DNA of 64,000 nt from an uncultured SAR116 cluster alpha proteobacterium (GTDB lineage Bacteria > Pseudomonadota > Alphaproteobacteria > Puniceispirillales > Marisalimonadaceae), in NCBI GenBank assembly GCA_902592615.1, contig CACJFI010000003.1, positions 45,898 through 109,897 of the forward strand, given 5' to 3'. This document shows, piece after piece, positions 27,565 to 38,035 of the stretch (positions are counted from its first letter, which is position 1; each line of letters starts with the position of its first letter). Under the pieces are notes generated by a model. The model did no database searches. It saw nothing but the letters and a program-made list of their open reading frames with translations, and was not told the DNA's origin. Position numbers and translations under genes: made by a program.

Positions 27565-28215
27565 TTGAAAGAAATTATAAGAAATAAAAAAATATGGGAT
27601 CTCCCTTTGAGATTATTTCATATTAGTTTAATTTTTCTTGTCATAGGTTCTATATCATCAGCAAAATTGAATATGCTAGATCTTCATCAGTATTTTGGTG
27701 TGGCTTTGTTGGGTTTGGTTTTTTTTAGAATAATATGGGGATTTTTTGGCACTTACTATTCGAGTTTCAAAAGCTTTAATCTTTCAATTATAGATGCATT
27801 ATCCCAGTTTTCAAAAAATAATACCATTACATCAATTAGAACACCAATAGGATGCTATTCTACTTTAATATTTATAATAGTTTTATTATCAACATCTGTA
27901 TCAGGTTTGTTTTCAAGTGATGATATTTTATATGACGCGCCACTTTCGTTTTTAACTCCAAATTATACAAGTGATTGGACCTATTTTCACAATATTCTTC
28001 ATTATATTTTATATATTTTAATTGGAACACACATCTCAGCCATCTTGTATTATCAAATTGTAAAAAAAATAAAAATTATAGAAAGAATTGTTGATGGTTA
28101 CTCAAGAATTGAAAAAATAAAAATTGTTTCAATTAATGAAAAACCATTAATAGGCATCCTTATATTATTGATTTTAACGATTTTACCAGTTTTAATTTTA
28201 CTATATTTTAATTAA
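27565..28215 (+). CDS. Cytochrome b (Ni-hydrogenase b-type / b561-like) membrane protein
   Basis: WDLPLRLFH, HQYFG, RIIWGFFG; heme-ligand His residues. Confidence 0.8.
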   Translation: MKEIIRNKKIWDLPLRLFHISLIFLVIGSISSAKLNMLDLHQYFGVALLGLVFFRIIWGFFGTYYSSFKSFNLSIIDALSQFSKNNTITSIRTPIGCYSTLIFIIVLLSTSVSGLFSSDDILYDAPLSFLTPNYTSDWTYFHNILHYILYILIGTHISAILYYQIVKKIKIIERIVDGYSRIEKIKIVSINEKPLIGILILLILTILPVLILLYFN

Positions 28216-28216
28216 C

Positions 28217-28663
28217 TTATCCAACATCTGGTACAAATCCAGCTGCTTCAATGCCAAAAACAGCAGCAATTTCGTCGTTATCGGATGTATCTCCTGATAT
28301 ACCCACAGATCCTACAATGTTATTGTTTTTGTCTCTTATTAAAACACCTCCAGGGACAGACACTAAATCGCCATTTGTAAGTGCATTTACAGCATTAATG
28401 AAATAAGCTTGTTGTTCAGCTCTATTAAATAATGCTCTTGATCCCATTCCCATTTGGAAAGCTCCATTTGCTTTACCATGTGCAATCTTAAAACGTAAAC
28501 TACTTATTCCATCTTCTCCTAAACATGCCTTGATCGCACCACGATGATCTAAAATTACAACCATTATAGGATTAATTTTAATTTCTCTTGCTTTTTTAAT
28601 TGAGTTTTGGATTATCAAATTTGCTTTTTCTAAAGTAATTTGTTCTATAATTATTTCTGACAT
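28217..28663 (-). CDS. GlcG/HbpS heme-binding family protein
   Basis: IAHGKA, GGVLIRD and GSVGISGDTSDND motifs. Confidence 0.85.
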   Translation of the reverse strand: MSEIIIEQITLEKANLIIQNSIKKAREIKINPIMVVILDHRGAIKACLGEDGISSLRFKIAHGKANGAFQMGMGSRALFNRAEQQAYFINAVNALTNGDLVSVPGGVLIRDKNNNIVGSVGISGDTSDNDEIAAVFGIEAAGFVPDVG

Positions 28664-28769
28664 ATAAATTCTCCACATTGATTTAGAAATTTTAAATTTT
28701 TTTTAACTTATATACTTATTTATGCTAATAATCTTAAACCTTCTATATTAAAATTTTAAATAGATCAAA

Positions 28770-29759
28770 ATGTCACCAAAATCAAATTATCTTAATTTTT
28801 TAAAACTAAATAAAAAAAAATTAAATACTTCTGAAATTACAGTTGTGGTTGCTTTTTACAAATTTTTTGAAGTTCGAGATACTATTGCATTACAAAATTC
28901 ATTAAAATCAATTTTTAATGACACTGAAATTAAAGGTACAATTTTAATAGCAAAAGAGGGTGTTAATGGAACAATAGCAGGAACAAAAAATGAGATTACA
29001 GTAGCATTAGAAAAACTTTGGTGTTTAGATTTTTTAATTGATTTAGAGCCTAAGTACTCGTTTGCCTATAAAAATCCTTTCTTCAGAATGAAAATAAGAC
29101 TAAAGAAAGAGATTGTTACAATTGGATTACCAGAAATCTCACCCAAAAAGTTTGTTGGAGATTATGTTAAGCCAGAAAATTGGAATGATCTAATATCAGA
29201 TAAAAATTTGTTGTTAATTGATACAAGAAATAGTTATGAAGTATCAATAGGCTCTTTCAAAAATGCTATAAATCCAAATATAAAAAATTTTAGAGAATTC
29301 CCAGATTGGATTAATAAAAATTTAATAAATAAAGATCCTGAAATTAAAAATAAAAAAATTGCTATGTTTTGTACTGGTGGTATTAGATGTGAAAAATCCA
29401 CATCTTATTTAAGGTCTCTTGGTTTTGAAAAAGTATATCATTTAGAGGGTGGAATTTTAAAATATCTTGAAAAGATTCCAAAAAATGTAAGTAAATGGAA
29501 TGGAAGTTGTTTTGTATTTGATTATAGAGTTTCTGTTGATCACAACTTAGAATTAGGTCATTATGAAATGTGTTTTGCTTGTAGGATGCCTATAAGTCAA
29601 AATGATAAAATGCATAAGTATTATGTCCAAGGAGAGAGTTGCCATCATTGTTTTAAATCTTCAAACGATAAACAAAAAAAGAGATTTAAAGAACGACAAA
29701 AACAAATTGAACTTTCTAGAAAAAAAAATGAAACTCACATTGGTAAAGTTAATTCTTAA
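28770..29759 (+). CDS. trhO: Rhodanese-domain tRNA uridine(34) hydroxylase
   Basis: EGVNGT, DTRNSYE, MFCTGGIRCEK and GSCFVFD motifs. Confidence 0.88.
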   Translation: MSPKSNYLNFLKLNKKKLNTSEITVVVAFYKFFEVRDTIALQNSLKSIFNDTEIKGTILIAKEGVNGTIAGTKNEITVALEKLWCLDFLIDLEPKYSFAYKNPFFRMKIRLKKEIVTIGLPEISPKKFVGDYVKPENWNDLISDKNLLLIDTRNSYEVSIGSFKNAINPNIKNFREFPDWINKNLINKDPEIKNKKIAMFCTGGIRCEKSTSYLRSLGFEKVYHLEGGILKYLEKIPKNVSKWNGSCFVFDYRVSVDHNLELGHYEMCFACRMPISQNDKMHKYYVQGESCHHCFKSSNDKQKKRFKERQKQIELSRKKNETHIGKVNS

Positions 29760-29760
29760 T

Positions 29761-30135
29761 TTAGTTAAATAAACTTAGAACTGTTTCTGGAGGCCTTCCA
29801 ATAACTGATTTGATTAACTTATTATTTTGATATTTACAAATTATTGGCCTTTGCAATAAAATAGGATATTTATAAATATAATTAATAATTGTATCTTTAG
29901 ACAAATCTTTTTTTGTTAATTTTAATTCTTTATATGAATTTTCATTAGTTCTTATTATTTCGTCTTTAGATATTTTATTTAAGCTAAGTATGGATTTAAG
30001 TTCAATAATATCAATTCCATCTTCTAAGTATTTTATTATTTTAAAATCTTTGGTTTTGGAATTGAGAATTTCTAATGCTTTTCTGGATTTTGAACATCTT
30101 GGGTTATGATAGATATTAAAACTAATCTTTGTCAT
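29761..30135 (-). CDS. ArsC-family reductase
   Basis: YHNPRCSKSR, LLQRPI and IGRPPE motifs. Confidence 0.88.
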   Translation of the reverse strand: MTKISFNIYHNPRCSKSRKALEILNSKTKDFKIIKYLEDGIDIIELKSILSLNKISKDEIIRTNENSYKELKLTKKDLSKDTIINYIYKYPILLQRPIICKYQNNKLIKSVIGRPPETVLSLFN

Positions 30136-31148
30136 AACAACCCCCCATTGCCCATATGATTAATTTCCTCTGAAGAAATTTTTAAATCACATAATTTTCT
30201 CCACAAGATCCAATCAACACCATTCTCTTTTTTTGATCTGGCACATCCAGGCATGCCAATTATTGAAATATGTTTGTTTGAAATTTTAATATCAGCTAGC
30301 AGAATTAAATTTCCAGGTTCAACTGGCATTCCTAAACGTAAAATAGTACCATTAATCTGAATTATTGACTGTGGTATTGTATCATTGATGTCAGATATAG
30401 CTGATGTGCCAAATATTAAAATTATATCTGCATCTTCATTTACACTTTTTCTTAATTGCTTACATATAGATTTAATTTCATGAGAACATTTTTTTTCCGT
30501 AATTTTATTAATTCCACAAGATGACAATCTATCCTTTGTAACTTCTAAAGTTTTTTCTAAAATTTTTGGACGAGTATTTTGATTAGTTGTTTGAATAAGA
30601 TGAATATTTTTTTTTTGAAAAGGTAAAATTTTAAAACAATCTTCACAAATATTTATTATGTCTTGAAGATTATTTTTTTTAATTCCAAAAGGAATAGCTT
30701 TAATTGATGCAACCACCTGATTTTTTTTTACCTTTGAATAAGCTCTTAAAGAAGCTATTCCAATGTCATTTGTTACGGAATTGATAGAATGTAGTTGGTT
30801 TGGTTGAAATATTATTATTCCATCAACACTTGAAACTAAATTGCATCTTCCATTTTTTGGTCCTTGAGTTTTAATATTTGATTTATTCGAAGCAATAATC
30901 TTTTTTGATATCATATGAACTGCCGAGTTTTCATCAATTTCATCTTCATCCAACTTAGCACATTTTATGCTTTCAACTTTATTTAACAATAAAAGATCAA
31001 GTAAATTTTTGTTGATAACTGTTCCTTTTGAAATTTTTATTTTATTTTTATTTTTATAAATTTCTATTGAGGATGATAGAATTCCGCCCAAAGATGACCC
31101 TGTTTTCACTTCACCAAAAAACATTTGTTTCCTTATTGATAGTTTCAC
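30132..31148 (-). CDS. Molybdopterin-binding (MoeA-like) protein
   Basis: GRCNL, GMPVEPGNL, GMPGCARS and C-terminal MGNGGLL. Confidence 0.8.
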   Translation of the reverse strand: MKLSIRKQMFFGEVKTGSSLGGILSSSIEIYKNKNKIKISKGTVINKNLLDLLLLNKVESIKCAKLDEDEIDENSAVHMISKKIIASNKSNIKTQGPKNGRCNLVSSVDGIIIFQPNQLHSINSVTNDIGIASLRAYSKVKKNQVVASIKAIPFGIKKNNLQDIINICEDCFKILPFQKKNIHLIQTTNQNTRPKILEKTLEVTKDRLSSCGINKITEKKCSHEIKSICKQLRKSVNEDADIILIFGTSAISDINDTIPQSIIQINGTILRLGMPVEPGNLILLADIKISNKHISIIGMPGCARSKKENGVDWILWRKLCDLKISSEEINHMGNGGLL

Positions 31149-31259
31149 AGCTTAATAACATATAATATCTCAACAAAAATGTTAAATAATTTGACTTATA
31201 TATATAAAAAATCTTGACGATATGACTTTCTAGAGATATCTAGACAATTATAAATGTAT

Positions 31260-31335
31260 GGGGCTGTAGCTCAATTGGGAGAGCGCCTGCTTTGCAAGCA
31301 GGAGGTCGTCGGTTCGATCCCGTCCAGCTCCACCA
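31260..31335 (+). tRNA. tRNA-Ala (anticodon TGC)
   Basis: GGGGCTGTAGCTCA...CCTGC-TT-TGC-AA-GCAGG...GGTTCGATCC...CAGCTCCACCA; 76 nt with encoded CCA. Confidence 0.97.
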
Positions 31336-31368
31336 TTTTTAATATATTTTAGAAGGTGAGAGTGAATT

Positions 31369-31554
31369 ATGGCTGTACCAAAAAGTAAAATTACTAGATC
31401 CAGAAGAGGAATGAGACGTTCTCATGATTCCTTAAACCCAGACACGTTTGTTGAAAGCAAAGATACTGGTGAACTACACAGACCTCATCATATTGACCTT
31501 AAAACGGGAATGTATAAAGGCAGACAAGTATTAAATGTTAAGTCAAAGACCTAA
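31369..31554 (+). CDS. rpmF: 50S ribosomal protein L32
   Basis: [19 protein letters not shown]...RPHH...GMYKGRQV. Confidence 0.96.
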   Translation: MAVPKSKITRSRRGMRRSHDSLNPDTFVESKDTGELHRPHHIDLKTGMYKGRQVLNVKSKT

Positions 31555-31591
31555 CTTTATAAAATTTTATCAAAGTATTTAAGGTAAATGA

Positions 31592-31993
31592 ATGTCTAAT
31601 AAAAAAAAAGATGAAGTTAAAATAGATAATTCTATTTCTGAAACAAAAAACTCAAACAATATCAAAGTTTATAAGGATCCTTTATTTAACATAGGTGATA
31701 TTGTTAAACATCGTATTTATCCTTTTAGAGGAGTAATTGTGGATGTTGATCCTGAATTTTCAAATACTGAAGAGTGGTATCAATCCATACCTGCAGAAAT
31801 TAGACCCTCCCGAAATCAGCCTTATTATCATCTGATGGCTGAAAATACAGAAACTTTCTACACAGCTTATGTTTCTCAACAAAATTTAGTAGATGATGGA
31901 GAAAATGGTCCTCTTGAACATCCAGACTTAGATGAAATTTTCAGTGGTATGAAAAAAGGAAAATATCACTTAAGAAACGAAGTTAGAAATTAA
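31592..31993 (+). CDS. hspQ: Heat shock protein HspQ
   Basis: FNIGDIVKHRIYPFRGVIVDVDPEF, QPYYHL and AYVSQQNL motifs. Confidence 0.9.
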   Translation: MSNKKKDEVKIDNSISETKNSNNIKVYKDPLFNIGDIVKHRIYPFRGVIVDVDPEFSNTEEWYQSIPAEIRPSRNQPYYHLMAENTETFYTAYVSQQNLVDDGENGPLEHPDLDEIFSGMKKGKYHLRNEVRN

Positions 31994-32011
31994 TTAACTT
32001 TAATCTTTAAT

Positions 32012-32030
32012 TAGTACTAGAAGTGTACTA
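32012..32030. promoter_or_regulatory. Palindrome TAGTAC-N7-GTACTA before the Rrf2-suf operon; candidate autoregulatory operator
   Basis: Perfect 6-7-6 inverted repeat 10 bp upstream of the probable ATG; function inferred only. Confidence 0.35.
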
Positions 32031-32040
32031 TATAAATTAC

Positions 32041-32502
32041 ATGATAAAACTCAGTAAAATGACTGATTACGCTGTTGTTTGCCTCGGGATGCTAGCTCGA
32101 AGACCAGGGTATTCTATGTCGGCTAATGAATTATCAAAAGAAACTGGGCTAGCATTATATACAGTTCAAAAGTTATTAAAATTACTTGTCTCAAAAAGTG
32201 ATTTTGTTAAGGCAAATCGTGGAGCACTTGGTGGTTATATGTTAAACAGAAATTCTTCAGAAATTTCAGTTGTAGAAATTATAGAAGCACTTGATGGACC
32301 AATAACTTTAACATCATGTGTTGACAATTCTGAGAGTTTTTGTGAATCCAGCGACATTTGTTTTTTAGGTGGAAAATGGAACAAAATTAATGAGATTATT
32401 AGAAAATCTCTTAATGACATATCTTTAAAAGAGCTTTTAAGTTATGAAAATCCATTTTTAATAGATGATAATAAAGATGCTTTGATTGATAGAATAAATT
32501 AA
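32041..32502 (+). CDS. Rrf2-family regulator of the suf operon
   Basis: [28 protein letters not shown], three Cys; first gene of the suf cluster. Confidence 0.88.
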   Translation: MIKLSKMTDYAVVCLGMLARRPGYSMSANELSKETGLALYTVQKLLKLLVSKSDFVKANRGALGGYMLNRNSSEISVVEIIEALDGPITLTSCVDNSESFCESSDICFLGGKWNKINEIIRKSLNDISLKELLSYENPFLIDDNKDALIDRIN

Positions 32503-32513
32503 AAGGAAATTAC

Positions 32514-33965
32514 ATGGTTGCTACTCAAGAAACAATTGACAAAGTTAAGGAAGTTTCTAGTACTTATAAATATGGTTTTGTTACTGACCTTGAAGCTGAA
32601 AAAGCTCCACTTGGTCTAAGTGAAGACATTGTTAAGTTTATCTCACATAAGAAAAAAGAACCTAGATGGTTATTGGAATGGAGACTAAAAGCTTATAAAA
32701 AATGGCTTTCAATGGAAGCTCCTAATTGGGCTATGGTTGATTTTCCTAAAATCAATTTTCAAGATATTTATTATTATTCAGCTCCTAAAACCAAACCAAA
32801 ATTAAATAGTCTTGATGAGGTTGATCCAGAATTATTAAGAACTTATGAAAAATTAGGAATACCAATTAAAGAACAAGAAGTTTTGGCAGGCGTTGCAGTA
32901 GACTATGTATTCGATTCTGTCTCAGTTGCAACAACATTTAGAGAAAAATTAGCTAAAGAAGGTATAATTTTTTGTCCTATTTCGGAAGCAGTTCAGACTC
33001 ATCCTGATCTTGTACAAAAATATATTGGATCAGTAATTCCAATTAGTGATAATTATTATGCTGCTTTAAATTCTGCTGTTTTTACAGATGGGTCTTTTGT
33101 CTATATCCCAAAAGGTGTTAAGTGCCCTATGGAGTTATCAACTTACTTCCGAATTAATGAACAAAATTCTGGACAGTTTGAAAGGACACTTATTATTGCA
33201 GAAGATGATACATATGTATCTTACCTTGAAGGATGTACAGCTCCACAAAGAGATGAAAATCAACTTCACGCAGCAGTAGTAGAATTAGTTGCAATGAATA
33301 ACGCAGAGATAAAGTATTCAACAGTTCAAAACTGGTATCCAGGTGATAAAGATGGCAATGGTGGTATTTACAATTTTGTTACTAAAAGAGGAAATTGTAT
33401 TGGAAAAAAATCTAAAATTTCATGGACACAAGTAGAAACTGGTTCTGCTATCACATGGAAATACCCATCATGTGTACTTAAAGGGGATGATTCAGTTGGG
33501 GAATTTTACTCAGTAGCCGTTGCTAACAACGCACAGCAAGCTGATACTGGTACAAAAATGATTCATATAGGAAAAAACACAAAATCAACTATTATTTCAA
33601 AAGGAATTTCAGCTGGTAAAGCCCAAAACACATATAGAGGCCAGGTTCAAATACAAAAAAACGCAAAAGGTTCAAGAAATTTTACTCAATGCGACTCCTT
33701 ACTAATTGGTGATAAATGCGGTGCACACACTGTTCCATATATTAATCAATTCACACCCCATGCTCGGGTTGAACATGAAGCAACGACTTCAAAAATATCT
33801 GAAGATCAACTTTTTTATTGTTTGCAAAGAGGTCTTGATACAGAACAGGCCACATCATTAATCGTCAATGGTTTTTGTAAAGAAGTTATGAAAGAATTAC
33901 CCATGGAGTTTGCAGTTGAAGCACAAAAACTGATAGGAATTAGTTTGGAAGGATCAGTTGGGTAA
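32514..33965 (+). CDS. sufB: Fe-S cluster assembly protein SufB
   Basis: [23 protein letters not shown] and YSTVQNWY motifs. Confidence 0.97.
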   Translation: MVATQETIDKVKEVSSTYKYGFVTDLEAEKAPLGLSEDIVKFISHKKKEPRWLLEWRLKAYKKWLSMEAPNWAMVDFPKINFQDIYYYSAPKTKPKLNSLDEVDPELLRTYEKLGIPIKEQEVLAGVAVDYVFDSVSVATTFREKLAKEGIIFCPISEAVQTHPDLVQKYIGSVIPISDNYYAALNSAVFTDGSFVYIPKGVKCPMELSTYFRINEQNSGQFERTLIIAEDDTYVSYLEGCTAPQRDENQLHAAVVELVAMNNAEIKYSTVQNWYPGDKDGNGGIYNFVTKRGNCIGKKSKISWTQVETGSAITWKYPSCVLKGDDSVGEFYSVAVANNAQQADTGTKMIHIGKNTKSTIISKGISAGKAQNTYRGQVQIQKNAKGSRNFTQCDSLLIGDKCGAHTVPYINQFTPHARVEHEATTSKISEDQLFYCLQRGLDTEQATSLIVNGFCKEVMKELPMEFAVEAQKLIGISLEGSVG

Positions 33966-33996
33966 TTTAAATTATTTAACTAATATTGGAAGAAAG

Positions 33997-34749
33997 ATGC
34001 CACTACTTGAAATTAAAAATGCTAAATTAAAACTTGATAATAAAGATATTCTAAAAGGTTTGTCTTTATCAGTAAATAGGGGTGAAGTACACGCTATTAT
34101 GGGACCTAATGGCTCAGGTAAAAGTACTTTATCATACATGCTTGCTGGAAGAGATGGTTATGAATTAGCAAGTGGAGAAGTTTTTTTAGAGGGACAGTCT
34201 TTGTCTGACATGGAGGCTGACGAGAGAGCAAGGTCAGGTTTGTTTTTAGCTTTTCAATATCCTGTTGAATTACCAGGTGTAGGTGGGATGAGTTTTTTGA
34301 GAGAAGCTGTTAATTCTAGAAGAAAATTTCTAGGAGAGGAAGAACTAGATCATTTAGCATTCGTTAAAGAAGCTAGAAAAGTTGCTTCAAAAATGTTTGT
34401 TAAAGATGAGATGTTAAAGAGAGCTGTAAATGTTGGTTTTTCTGGTGGAGAAAAAAAACGTTTTGAAATATTACAAATGGCAATGCTTAAACCAAAAGTT
34501 TCAATTTTAGACGAAACTGATTCGGGTTTAGATGTTGATGCGTTGAAAATAGTTTCGGATGGAGTAAATGCCCAAAGAAATGACGAAAATGCAATAGTTG
34601 TAATTACGCATTATCAAAGACTGTTAGATTATATTGTTCCAGATTTTGTTCATATTTTATCTGATGGTAACATTATAAAATCTGGAGGCCCTGAATTAGC
34701 ATTGGAAGTTGAAAAAAATGGTTATGCAGGTTTGATTAATGCTGCATAA
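33997..34749 (+). CDS. sufC: Fe-S cluster assembly ATPase SufC
   Basis: GPNGSGKST, FSGGEKKR and DETDSGLD motifs. Confidence 0.96.
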   Translation: MPLLEIKNAKLKLDNKDILKGLSLSVNRGEVHAIMGPNGSGKSTLSYMLAGRDGYELASGEVFLEGQSLSDMEADERARSGLFLAFQYPVELPGVGGMSFLREAVNSRRKFLGEEELDHLAFVKEARKVASKMFVKDEMLKRAVNVGFSGGEKKRFEILQMAMLKPKVSILDETDSGLDVDALKIVSDGVNAQRNDENAIVVITHYQRLLDYIVPDFVHILSDGNIIKSGGPELALEVEKNGYAGLINAA

Positions 34750-35998
34750 TGTTAAAGATAATTATATCATTTCGGTAAAAGATCACGTTAGTCAATTTGA
34801 AGAAAAAAGTTTTAGAAAATTAGCATCGAATGATTTCAAAAGTTGGCCAAGCCCTCGAGAAGAAACTTGGAGATTAAGTAGGTTAGGTTTTTTATCCAGG
34901 AAAGAAATAACCCCAATAAAACCTAATTTAAAAAAACAAATTTCCTCTGTATCAAAGTTCAAAGGTTCTAAAATAATAAGGTTTGTAGATGGTGCTCTTC
35001 GAGAAGATTTATCATCAAAATTACCTCAAGGTGCATCTTTGAAAATTTTAGGAGAAAAGGATTCCCTTAGATGCTTTCATAAGTTTAAAGATAGTAACTT
35101 GAAAAATCATCCTTCTACAAATGTTTCATTTTCATGTACCCCTTCAATAGTAAAATTAACAATTGAAAAAGATGTAAAGATAAAAGATCTTTTTGAAATA
35201 ATTTATGAAGGTGGTGATGACTACACATCTGTTCATCCTGCTTTGTATATAGAATTAAAAGACAACAGTATCATAACAATAATTGAACGATTCAACCATT
35301 TAAGTTCTCTTATTATGCCTTTACAATTAGTTGAATTAAAAAAAAATGCGTCAATTAATTCATTGAAAATTTTTAATGATAATCAACAATCCTACAATTT
35401 ATCAGCTAATTGTACTTTTTTATCAGAAAAATCTAATTATAACTCTTTTTCCCTAATTAAAGGTGGGTTGTTTACACGCTCAGAAACCCACGCTTATTTA
35501 AAAGGAGAAAATTGTAATTTAAATCTTAATGGTGTATATCTGTCTTGCAAAAATCAACACCATGACCTAACAACAGCCATCTATCATGACGTACCCAACT
35601 GTACTTCAAAACAAATTGTTAGAGGTGTATTGGGGGGTAAATCCACAGGCGTTTTTCAAGGTAAAGTTAGGGTGGCTCCAGATGCACAGAAAACTGATGG
35701 ACAACAAATGAGCAGGGCTATTTTATTATCAGAAAATGCAATTGCAAATGCAAAACCTGAGCTTGAAATTTACGCAGATGATGTAATTTGTGCACATGGT
35801 GCAACAGTTGGGGAGATAGACGACGATCAACTGTTTTATCTTAAAAGTAGAGGAATTTCAGAAAAAAAAGCGAAACAAATACTTATAAGAGCTTTTCTTA
35901 AAGATATCATTAATGAGTCTGTTGAGGAATCTATACAAAATTATGTTTTTGAAGAAGCTGAGTTAGCTTTGTCAGAAATTATTAGCAAAGAAATATAA
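34739..35998 (+). CDS. sufD: Fe-S cluster assembly protein SufD
   Basis: GVFQGKV, AQKTDG and KPELEIYADDVICAHGATVG motifs. Confidence 0.93.
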   Translation: MLHNVKDNYIISVKDHVSQFEEKSFRKLASNDFKSWPSPREETWRLSRLGFLSRKEITPIKPNLKKQISSVSKFKGSKIIRFVDGALREDLSSKLPQGASLKILGEKDSLRCFHKFKDSNLKNHPSTNVSFSCTPSIVKLTIEKDVKIKDLFEIIYEGGDDYTSVHPALYIELKDNSIITIIERFNHLSSLIMPLQLVELKKNASINSLKIFNDNQQSYNLSANCTFLSEKSNYNSFSLIKGGLFTRSETHAYLKGENCNLNLNGVYLSCKNQHHDLTTAIYHDVPNCTSKQIVRGVLGGKSTGVFQGKVRVAPDAQKTDGQQMSRAILLSENAIANAKPELEIYADDVICAHGATVGEIDDDQLFYLKSRGISEKKAKQILIRAFLKDIINESVEESIQNYVFEEAELALSEIISKEI

Positions 35999-36002
35999 AT
36001 AC

Positions 36003-37226
36003 ATGAAAGTATATGATATAAATTTTATTAAAGATCAATTTCCAGCTCTTCAAAGGAAAGTTTGGGATAAAAAACTAGTTTATCTTGACTCAGCCGCATC
36101 TATGCAAAAACCTAAAAAAGTATTAGATGCTATAAGCAAAAGCTATTCTTTTAATTATTCTAATGTTCACAGAGGTCTTCACAAGTTGTCTGAAGAAGCA
36201 ACTGCTAAATACGAAGGTTCAAGAATAAAAGTAGCTCAATTTATAAATTGTTCTGAAAATGAAGTAATTTTTACATCTGGAGCGACTGCAGCATTAAATC
36301 TTATAGCATATAGTTGGGGAATGAAGAATTTATCTGCCGGCGACGAAATAATTATTACTATTGCAGAACATCATGCGAATATAGTCCCATGGCAAATTAT
36401 TGCAGAACAAAAAAATGTTAAGATAAAAGCTGCACATGTCGATCCAAACTCTGAATTTAATCCAGATATAATTAGAGATTTAGTCTCTGATAAAACAAAA
36501 ATTATTGCTTTTCCTCATGTTTCAAACGTTTTAGGAACTACTTTCCCTGTTAAAGAAATCTGCAAAATAGCTAAAGAATGTGGAGCAATAAGTGTGGTAG
36601 ACGGTTGTCAGGGTGTTATCCATGAAAAAGTTGATGTAATTGACCTGGGTTGTGATTTTTATTGTTTTTCAGGACACAAATTATATGGTCCTACTGGTAT
36701 AGGAATCTTATTTGGAAGATATAACTTGTTAGATAAGATGCCACCATTTTTAGGTGGTGGTGACATGATCGATATTGTAAAAATCCAAAAATCTACATAT
36801 GCTGACCCTCCCTTAAGATTTGAAGCTGGCACACCACCAATTGTTGAAGCAATTGCTTTGGGAGAAGCAATTGATTGGGTTAATGAAATTGGAATTGAAG
36901 AAATTGGGCGTCATGAAAAAAATATTATCGACTATGGTACTTCTTTATTAGATTCAATTGATGGTGTATCTGTATTTGGAAAAGCTCCTAATAAAACAGG
37001 TGTTATATCTTTTACAATGGATTGTGCTCATCCACATGATATAGCCACAATTATTGACAGAGAAGGGATTGCAGTAAGAGCAGGGCATCATTGTGCACAG
37101 CCTTTAATGGATGCTTTTAAATTAGTTTCAACTACTAGAGCATCAGTGGGAGCCTATTCAACAAAAGAAGATTTTGATGAGTTAGCAAATTCACTTACAA
37201 AAGTAAAAAAAATATTTGGTGTTTAG
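36003..37226 (+). CDS. sufS: Cysteine desulfurase SufS
   Basis: YLDSAA, SGHKLYGPTG and RAGHHCAQP motifs. Confidence 0.95.
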   Translation: MKVYDINFIKDQFPALQRKVWDKKLVYLDSAASMQKPKKVLDAISKSYSFNYSNVHRGLHKLSEEATAKYEGSRIKVAQFINCSENEVIFTSGATAALNLIAYSWGMKNLSAGDEIIITIAEHHANIVPWQIIAEQKNVKIKAAHVDPNSEFNPDIIRDLVSDKTKIIAFPHVSNVLGTTFPVKEICKIAKECGAISVVDGCQGVIHEKVDVIDLGCDFYCFSGHKLYGPTGIGILFGRYNLLDKMPPFLGGGDMIDIVKIQKSTYADPPLRFEAGTPPIVEAIALGEAIDWVNEIGIEEIGRHEKNIIDYGTSLLDSIDGVSVFGKAPNKTGVISFTMDCAHPHDIATIIDREGIAVRAGHHCAQPLMDAFKLVSTTRASVGAYSTKEDFDELANSLTKVKKIFGV

Positions 37227-37227
37227 T

Positions 37228-37644
37228 ATGAATAGTGATGACAAACTTCCATTATCAGCTTTTATGCCTCATCACAATTCTTCTGATCCTCATGCTCCAT
37301 TTATTGCAACAGCAGGTAAAAAAAATAATAGCTCTACTAGAATTATCGAAAAAAGTGAAATAGTCGAGAGCCTTAAAACTATTCATGATCCTGAATTACC
37401 AGTAAATATTTATGATTTAGGACTTATATATGATATTAGAATAATTGATAAAAACGACTTAAATATTAAAATGTCTCTTACAGCTCCGGGTTGTCCTGTA
37501 GCTGGAGAAATGCCTGGACTAGTTGCGAATACACTTGCAAAAATACCAAATGTTGGCTTAATTGAGGTAGAGCTTGTTTGGGAACCTGCATGGACTAAGG
37601 ATAAAATGAGTGAAGATGCAAAATTGGCACTTGATATTTATTAA
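37228..37644 (+). CDS. sufT: SUF-associated DUF59 / SufT protein
   Basis: DPELPVNIYDLGLIY, LTAPGCPVAG and WEPAW motifs. Confidence 0.85.
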   Translation: MNSDDKLPLSAFMPHHNSSDPHAPFIATAGKKNNSSTRIIEKSEIVESLKTIHDPELPVNIYDLGLIYDIRIIDKNDLNIKMSLTAPGCPVAGEMPGLVANTLAKIPNVGLIEVELVWEPAWTKDKMSEDAKLALDIY

Positions 37645-37649
37645 TTCTC

Positions 37650-38009
37650 ATGGAGCCTTTAATGAATAATGAAAAAAAACCTTTATTAACTTTAACAGAT
37701 GCAGCAGCTAATAGAGTTAAAGAATTAATGAGCAAAGCTGATTCAGAAGTAATTGGTCTTAGAATTGGGATTAAGACAGCTGGTTGTTCTGGGATGAAAT
37801 ATAACGTGGAATACGCAAAGGAAATTAAACCATTTGAAGAGAAAATTATATCAAAAGACATTACTATTTGTATTGATCCTGCTGCAATAATGTTTTTGAT
37901 AGGATCTGAGATGGATTATAAAGAGCAAAAATTTAGCTCAGGCTTTGAGTTTAATAATCCAAATGAAATTGCACGCTGTGGATGTGGTGAAAGTTTTACC
38001 GTAGCGTAA
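37650..38009 (+). CDS. sufA: A-type Fe-S carrier (SufA/IscA)
   Basis: GCSGMKY and CGCGESF motifs. Confidence 0.9.
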   Translation: MEPLMNNEKKPLLTLTDAAANRVKELMSKADSEVIGLRIGIKTAGCSGMKYNVEYAKEIKPFEEKIISKDITICIDPAAIMFLIGSEMDYKEQKFSSGFEFNNPNEIARCGCGESFTVA

Positions 38010-38035
38010 AATACTAAATATTTTAGGAATAAACT

